From: Bacteroidia bacterium
GTDB taxonomy: Bacteria; Bacteroidota; Bacteroidia; NS11-12g; UBA955
DNA length: 53,408 nucleotides
Assembly: GCA_965655465.1 (NCBI GenBank)
Contig: CBFHGY010000004.1
Coordinates: 996-54,403 of the forward strand
Direction of reading: 5' to 3'
Every line of letters starts with the position of its first letter. The first letter of the stretch is position 1. Below, piece by piece: positions 48,735 to 53,408 of this stretch. The notes under the pieces are model-generated. The model had not been told where the DNA came from and searched no databases. It saw nothing but the letters and a program-made list of their open reading frames with translations. Position numbers and translations under genes: made by a program.

Positions 48735-50465
48735 TTGTTAAAAAGAATTTTCCATATAATTTTTTTCTTATTTCCTTTATTTTCTAAAGGACAATCGGAC
48801 TATGCTCCTCACCTGCAAAGGGCGTGTTTGGATCGCGTAACCGGTGCTTTGAGCTTACTGATAAGTCCTGGAAAAGATAGCTGCAATTCTTTCATAAAGT
48901 ATCGACTTTGGGGACGTACCGACACATTCAGTTCATTTGAACTATTAGATGAATCTAATACTTTTAATCAATTATCTTGGAACACGTTGCTTCCAAATAA
49001 AAAAAGATGGCAGCTATATATCAGCACGTACTTTTCCTGTACTCCGAGCGACAGTTTCTTGAGTAATTTTTTGTATATAGATAATGTTCCTCCCTCTTAT
49101 GTAGAACCCGACAGTGTTAGCATTGACATGAGCAACCAAAACTTGATTGCCGGCTGGACCAATCCTCCTGAAACAGACATTATGGGATACAGCATGTTTC
49201 GAGTAGATGGTTTGGGCAACAACATTTTGATCGATGAACAGAATGTGTTGTTTTATTCTTTTTTGAACTCTGATTTTCCCAGCAAACAGAGCGGAAATCG
49301 ATTAGCGATTGCTGCGTATGATTCTTGTAGGAATGGTGGAGTGATTTCAAATTTCCATTCTCCTATATTATTACAAGTTAATACCAATGCTAATTACTTG
49401 TGCGACAAGGGAATACAACTAAACTGGACCTCTTATGTTGGTTGGGAAGTCAAGGAATATGAAATCTTCATTCGCGATGCAGATCGAGGTATTCTATTAC
49501 ACCAAAGCAAGGTAGCTTCAAATCTTAACGACTTTGCATTTACCTTGCCCTATTTGAATGTTACCCTAGACATTTATGTGCGAGCACACAAACTAGGAGC
49601 CGAAGTAAGTTCTACTTCCAATCGCGTAGATCTCTTTGTTTCTAATTTCCCAAAGCCATCAAAGTCAACATCTCTTTATTTTACTTCTGTTTCCCAAACC
49701 TCTAAGATCGACTTAGAGGGCTATGTAAACGTTGGAGATAGTTTCGATGTGTTTTACACTTCCAACCTAAGCCCCTGGTTATTAACCTATAGCGAATCTA
49801 AATCGTCTGGAATTGTTCAATTTGCACACAATTTAAATGACACGAGAACAGCTTCCGTTTCTTTTCTTTTGGTTCGGTATAATCAATGCGGCGAGCCTGC
49901 GGATAGCTCCTTAGTTATCAGGAGCATTCACCTAAGAGGCAACGAAAGAGAGTTAAATTGGAATAACAACTTACAATGGGAGGCACTCGGTGATAACCCT
50001 TTATATATCATAGAAAAAGAAGTGTCTGGCAACTGGGTTTCAATCGGGACCACTTCAGACAAAACGTTTACACTTCCTCCTTATGGCAATTATGAAGTTC
50101 GTGTAAAGGGCGTAACATCGCTATGGTCTACAGAAAGAAGGGGTTTCAGTTACAGCAATTCTATAACGGTAGACTTGGGTTTTGACAGCAGCTTGTTAGA
50201 CACGATATTAATTCCCAATGCCTTTACACCTGAGGGAATTAATCCTATTTTCAAAATAAGCAATCCTGCCATTTCATTAGGTGAATCACAGATGCAAATA
50301 TTCAACCGTTGGGGAGCTATTATTTACCAAGGAGATGCTTTAGTGGGTTGGGATGGAAAGGTTAATGGGAATCCGGTACCCGACAATATATATATCTACC
50401 GAATTAAGGCATTATATCGCAGAAAGCGCATTGAAAAAGCCGGAACGGTATTAATTTTGCGTTGA
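48735..50465 (+). CDS. T9SS type B (gliding-motility C-terminal domain) protein with FN3-like modules
   Basis: Signal peptide; C-terminal IPNAFTPEG.NP.F...IFNRWG...GWDG...YIY.I...GTVLILR. Confidence 0.85.
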   Translation: MLKRIFHIIFFLFPLFSKGQSDYAPHLQRACLDRVTGALSLLISPGKDSCNSFIKYRLWGRTDTFSSFELLDESNTFNQLSWNTLLPNKKRWQLYISTYFSCTPSDSFLSNFLYIDNVPPSYVEPDSVSIDMSNQNLIAGWTNPPETDIMGYSMFRVDGLGNNILIDEQNVLFYSFLNSDFPSKQSGNRLAIAAYDSCRNGGVISNFHSPILLQVNTNANYLCDKGIQLNWTSYVGWEVKEYEIFIRDADRGILLHQSKVASNLNDFAFTLPYLNVTLDIYVRAHKLGAEVSSTSNRVDLFVSNFPKPSKSTSLYFTSVSQTSKIDLEGYVNVGDSFDVFYTSNLSPWLLTYSESKSSGIVQFAHNLNDTRTASVSFLLVRYNQCGEPADSSLVIRSIHLRGNERELNWNNNLQWEALGDNPLYIIEKEVSGNWVSIGTTSDKTFTLPPYGNYEVRVKGVTSLWSTERRGFSYSNSITVDLGFDSSLLDTILIPNAFTPEGINPIFKISNPAISLGESQMQIFNRWGAIIYQGDALVGWDGKVNGNPVPDNIYIYRIKALYRRKRIEKAGTVLILR

Positions 50466-50905
50466 TGTCGGAGTCCATTTTGTTTTTAGGTCATTCGCGT
50501 TTCATTAATAGGAATGAACGCTCTAAAATACGCAAAACGTTGTCTTATTTGGCTGATAACCATACGTTTATCATTGATTCTTTGACATATATTCACCAAA
50601 CAGATCTGGAGCTCTTAGAAGTAAATATAACTCACTTAAATCACGACACCTACACAGACATCATCACCTTTGATTTGTCTGACAATGAGGGAGTTATAGA
50701 TGGTGAAATTTATATTTCGGTAGACAGGGTTAAAGAAAACGCTCTATTGTTTGGTGTAGATTTTTGGACTGAGTATATCCGAGTTGTGTCCCATGGTTTA
50801 TTCCATTTAATGGGTTACGGAGACAAAACACCCGAGGAACAGGCGATTATGAGAAAACGGGAAGAAGAGGCCATTGCCTACTGGTCTGGTCTACGTTCCA
50901 CGTGA
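50462..50905 (+). CDS. ybeY: rRNA maturation RNase YbeY
   Basis: HDTYTDIITF, GEIYIS, HGLFHLMGYGD, MRKRE. Confidence 0.95.
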   Translation: MMSESILFLGHSRFINRNERSKIRKTLSYLADNHTFIIDSLTYIHQTDLELLEVNITHLNHDTYTDIITFDLSDNEGVIDGEIYISVDRVKENALLFGVDFWTEYIRVVSHGLFHLMGYGDKTPEEQAIMRKREEEAIAYWSGLRST

Positions 50906-50909
50906 AACC
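50894..50909. other. parS centromere-like site 1 (overlaps the ybeY stop codon)
   Basis: cGTTCCACGTGAAACc matches the parS core GTTNCACGTGAAAC. Confidence 0.8.
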
Positions 50910-51019
50910 AAACTTTATTTAACCTTGAAATTAATCCTGTCCTATTGCGGATCGGGATGAATAGTGAGTATTCAAGGGGAAGGAAACCCGGTATAGCGGC
51001 TATTATAGCCTGGGTATAC

Positions 51020-51181
51020 ATACATTTTTGCTACGCAAAATCACGGTTATCGAGTGGCTGACGCAGGAAGCCGTATCGAGATGCGATGTCCGTGATTCGA
51101 CGAGAAACGAGTCGAATTGTATCGAGACCGGGTATGAGGCTGTTGTAGCTTCCATCTCGATACAATTTTGCTCCGCAAAAT
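51020..51181 (+). repeat. Left cluster of structured REP-like palindromic repeats (modules A-B-C-A)
   Basis: TTTTGCTACGCAAAATCAC, TCGAGTGGCTGACGCAGGAAGCCGTATCGAGA, GTGATTCGACGAGAAACGAGTCGAATTGTATCGAGA and CATCTCGATACAATTTTGCTCCGCAAAAT; the same modules recur in the right cluster. Confidence 0.9.
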
Positions 51182-51242
51182 TGATTACAATGTCTATCCG
51201 AAAAAGTGCGGTAAAATTTCTCAACAAGACGCTAGCAAAGGA

Positions 51243-51527
51243 TTAGCTAAACTGTTTTCTTGAAAAACCAGGTAAACCCTCATTAAAACCTTCAATTAAG
51301 GCTATCTACTTTATATGAGACCAGGATTGTATTTGCTTCTCTCTTTCGAAGGCAACATCAATTCTATCAAACACCTCGAAATAAACCAAGGTAACTGGTC
51401 GTCTCTTCTTAGTATAGTTAGCACCGTTTCCTGTTTGATGTTGGTTTATTCTCCTTTTTAAGTTTTTAGTACTTCCTGTATAAAAAGTACCATCATTACA
51501 TAATAAAATATACATATACGCCTCCAT
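51243..51527 (-). pseudogene. Small GIY-YIG nuclease (UPF0213/YhbQ-like) with a premature TAG at 51306-51308
   Basis: YMYILLCNDGTFYTGST.NL.RR..QH..G.GANYTKKRRPV.LVYFE...AFEREKQIQSWSHIK*IALIEG. The family C-terminal KKxALI continues in frame past the TAG to TAA at 51243. Confidence 0.8.
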
Positions 51528-51549
51528 ATTACAAAGGTCTTATATTTTA

Positions 51550-51565
51550 AGTTCCACGTGGAACC
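51550..51565. other. parS site 2 (perfect 14-bp palindrome, upstream of the GIY-YIG gene)
   Basis: aGTTCCACGTGGAACc. Confidence 0.85.
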
Positions 51566-51698
51566 CGAAGATTTGCAAATATTACAAAGAATCACAATTC
51601 TGTGCAGCATAGAGAATATGGCATTTTCGCAACAATAAGTTATTGCGCAACCTGAAGCTAAGCAAGCAATTAACCGTTGTAAGTATTATGTGCGTTTC

Positions 51699-52310
51699 CA
51701 TCTCGATACAATTTTGCTCCGCAAAATCACGGTTATGGAGTGGCCAACCCAGGAAGCCGTATAGAGATGCGATGTCCGTGCTTTCCAGAATATTACTGGT
51801 GTGTTAACGGAGGTCGCATCTCGATACAATTTTGCTAGCAAAATCACGGTTATCGAGTGGCTGAAGCAGGAAGCCGTATCGAGATGCGATGCACAAACTT
51901 TTCAGAATATTACTGGTGTGTACACGGAGGTCGCATCTCGATACGATTTTGCTACGCAAAATCACGGTTATCGAGTGGCTGACGCAGGAAGCCATATCGA
52001 GATGCGATGTCCGTACTTTCCAGAATATTACTAGTGTGTTCACGGAGGTCGAGTGATTCGACGAGAAACGAGTCGAATTGTATCGAGACCGAGTGTGAGG
52101 CTATTGTAGCTTCCATCTCGATACGATTTTGCTACGCAAAATCATGGTTATCGAGTGGCTGACGCAGGAAGCCGCATAGAGATGCGATGTACGAACAAAA
52201 CAGAATATTACTGGTGTGTTCACGGATGTCGCATCTCGATACAAATTTGCTCAGCAAAATCACGATTATCGAGTGGCTCATGTAGGAACGAGTATCAAGA
52301 TGCGATGTCC
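51699..52310 (+). repeat. Tandem array of five ~118-bp structured REP-like units; a ~62-bp module C insertion precedes the fourth
   Basis: CATCTCGATAC starts at 51699, 51817, 51934, 52114 and 52232 (periods 118, 117, 180, 118). The linker CAGAATATTACT(G/A)GTGTGT is conserved. Confidence 0.92.
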
Positions 52311-52454
52311 AAGATTTACCTCAACCCTCATTAAATTGCATGGAGAGATGCAAACATTTATGTATGCCTAATTCCACAACTCCGTTCTCTACAAAAACGC
52401 TACCTTATACGCCGTTGGTGGATTCAATATTCAAAAGACCCCTCGAATTAATAT

Positions 52455-52462
52455 TATATTTG
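52455..52462 (+). promoter_or_regulatory. -7 promoter element of mnmG
   Basis: TATATTTG, 24 nt before ATG 52487. Confidence 0.65.
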
Positions 52463-52470
52463 TATCATAA

Positions 52471-52486
52471 AGTTCCACGTGAAACC
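52471..52486. other. parS site 3 (directly before the mnmG start codon)
   Basis: aGTTCCACGTGAAACc followed by ATG. Confidence 0.8.
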
Positions 52487-53408
52487 ATGAATAAATATGA
52501 TGTAATAGTTGTAGGCGCCGGACATGCCGGTTGTGAAGCAGCTCATGCCGCCGCAACTATGGGAAAAAATGTACTCCTCGTTACCATGAATATGGAAACC
52601 ATCGCTAAAATGAGTTGTAACCCTGCAATGGGTGGAGTCGCTAAGGGACAAATAATCAGGGAGATAGACGCACTTGGAGGTATGTCTGGAATAATCACTG
52701 ATAAGACCATGATCCAATTCAGAATGCTAAATCAATCCAAGGGATTTGCTATGTGGAGTCCAAGAGCACAATCCGATAGATGGCGATTCTCTGAAGAATG
52801 GCGACTCACTTTAGAACTAAATAAAAATATCGATTTTTTTCAGGACTCTGTGAACGAATTAATCGTAGAGGGTGAACATGTGACAGGAGTAATATGTGGT
52901 ATGGGAAATAAATTCTATTCCAAAACAGTCGTGGTTACCGCAGGTACGTTCTTAAACGGACTCATACATATAGGAAGAAAAAACTTCGGCGGAGGACGTA
53001 TGGCTGAAAAAGCATCATTTGGAATAACCGCCCAATTAGAATCTCTTGGATTCACCAGTGGACGTATGAAAACGGGTACCCCTCCCAGAATAGATGGTCG
53101 CACCTTAAATTACGATAAAATGGAGGAACAAAAGGGAGACACCATTCCTTATACCTTCTCATTTTCCCAAACAACCCAACCACTCACCAATCAAAGGAGT
53201 TGTTACATCACCTATACCAACGAAGAAGTTCACAATCTTCTTAGAGAAGGTTTTGAAGATTCTCCTATGTATAATGGTTCTATTAAAAGCCTCGGACCCA
53301 GATATTGTCCTAGTATTGAAGATAAAATAAATCGTTTTGCTGAGAGAGACCGACATCAAATCTTCGTAGAACCCGAAGGTTGGAATACCGTTGAAGTATA
53401 TGTAAACG
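52487..53408 (+). CDS. mnmG: tRNA uridine-5-carboxymethylaminomethyl(34) synthesis enzyme MnmG (GidA), truncated by the window end
   Basis: Hand translation gives MNKYDVIVVGAGHAGCEAA...MSCNPAMGGVAKGQIIREIDALGG...GRMKTGTPPR...GPRYCPSIEDK...HQIFVEPEG. Confidence 0.97.
   Translation, partial: MNKYDVIVVGAGHAGCEAAHAAATMGKNVLLVTMNMETIAKMSCNPAMGGVAKGQIIREIDALGGMSGIITDKTMIQFRMLNQSKGFAMWSPRAQSDRWRFSEEWRLTLELNKNIDFFQDSVNELIVEGEHVTGVICGMGNKFYSKTVVVTAGTFLNGLIHIGRKNFGGGRMAEKASFGITAQLESLGFTSGRMKTGTPPRIDGRTLNYDKMEEQKGDTIPYTFSFSQTTQPLTNQRSCYITYTNEEVHNLLREGFEDSPMYNGSIKSLGPRYCPSIEDKINRFAERDRHQIFVEPEGWNTVEVYVN

Noticed and set aside
50911-51019. Possible ncRNA or terminator hairpin after ybeY (GGCTATTATAGCC)
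   Set aside because: The stem is short with no U-tract, and I do not recognise an RNA family.
51306-51308. Amber recoding (pyrrolysine or alternative genetic code)
   Set aside because: TAG ends conserved genes in this window at their expected lengths, and no pyl genes are present.
51003-52043. ORFs 51003-51227, 51028-51246, 51801-52034 and 51804-52043
   Set aside because: They are translations of the DNA repeat on both strands with no protein-family features, and indels between units shift the frame.
51699-52310. CRISPR array
   Set aside because: The segments between repeats are near-identical rather than unique spacers, the ~118-bp period is too long, and no cas genes are present.
52323-52335. 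13-bp match AACCCTCATTAAA shared with 51275-51287
   Set aside because: It is short and AT-rich, with no extended homology or second nuclease remnant, so it is probably chance.

Overview
A mostly core-genome segment of an AT-rich Bacteroidota chromosome. The assignment rests on T9SS cargo proteins, a PorP/SprF protein, TAnnTTTG promoters and a short CarB. The window carries about 50 genes: a T9SS adhesin-PorP/SprF-PorE/OmpA triad, carB, ricT, purS, mnmH, gap, pyrF, coaE-yajC-nusB, iscX-fdx, gmd-fcl, menA-menC, an M16 peptidase pair, ybeY and the start of mnmG. Two regions stand out. (1) At 11.8-14.3 kb, a tight divergent pair encodes a phytol kinase (VTE5-like)::DUF92 (VTE6-like) fusion and a homogentisate phytyltransferase (VTE2/HPT-like). 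This matches the phytol-salvage entry route of tocopherol synthesis, yet the window contains no photosynthesis genes. (2) At 50.9-52.5 kb, between ybeY and mnmG, a small GIY-YIG nuclease gene with a premature TAG is flanked by ~118-bp structured REP-like repeats. The region also holds three parS sites, and the outer two are identical 16-bp direct repeats. All calls come from manual motif recognition; no database searches were run. Several start codons were moved downstream of those in the ORF track.
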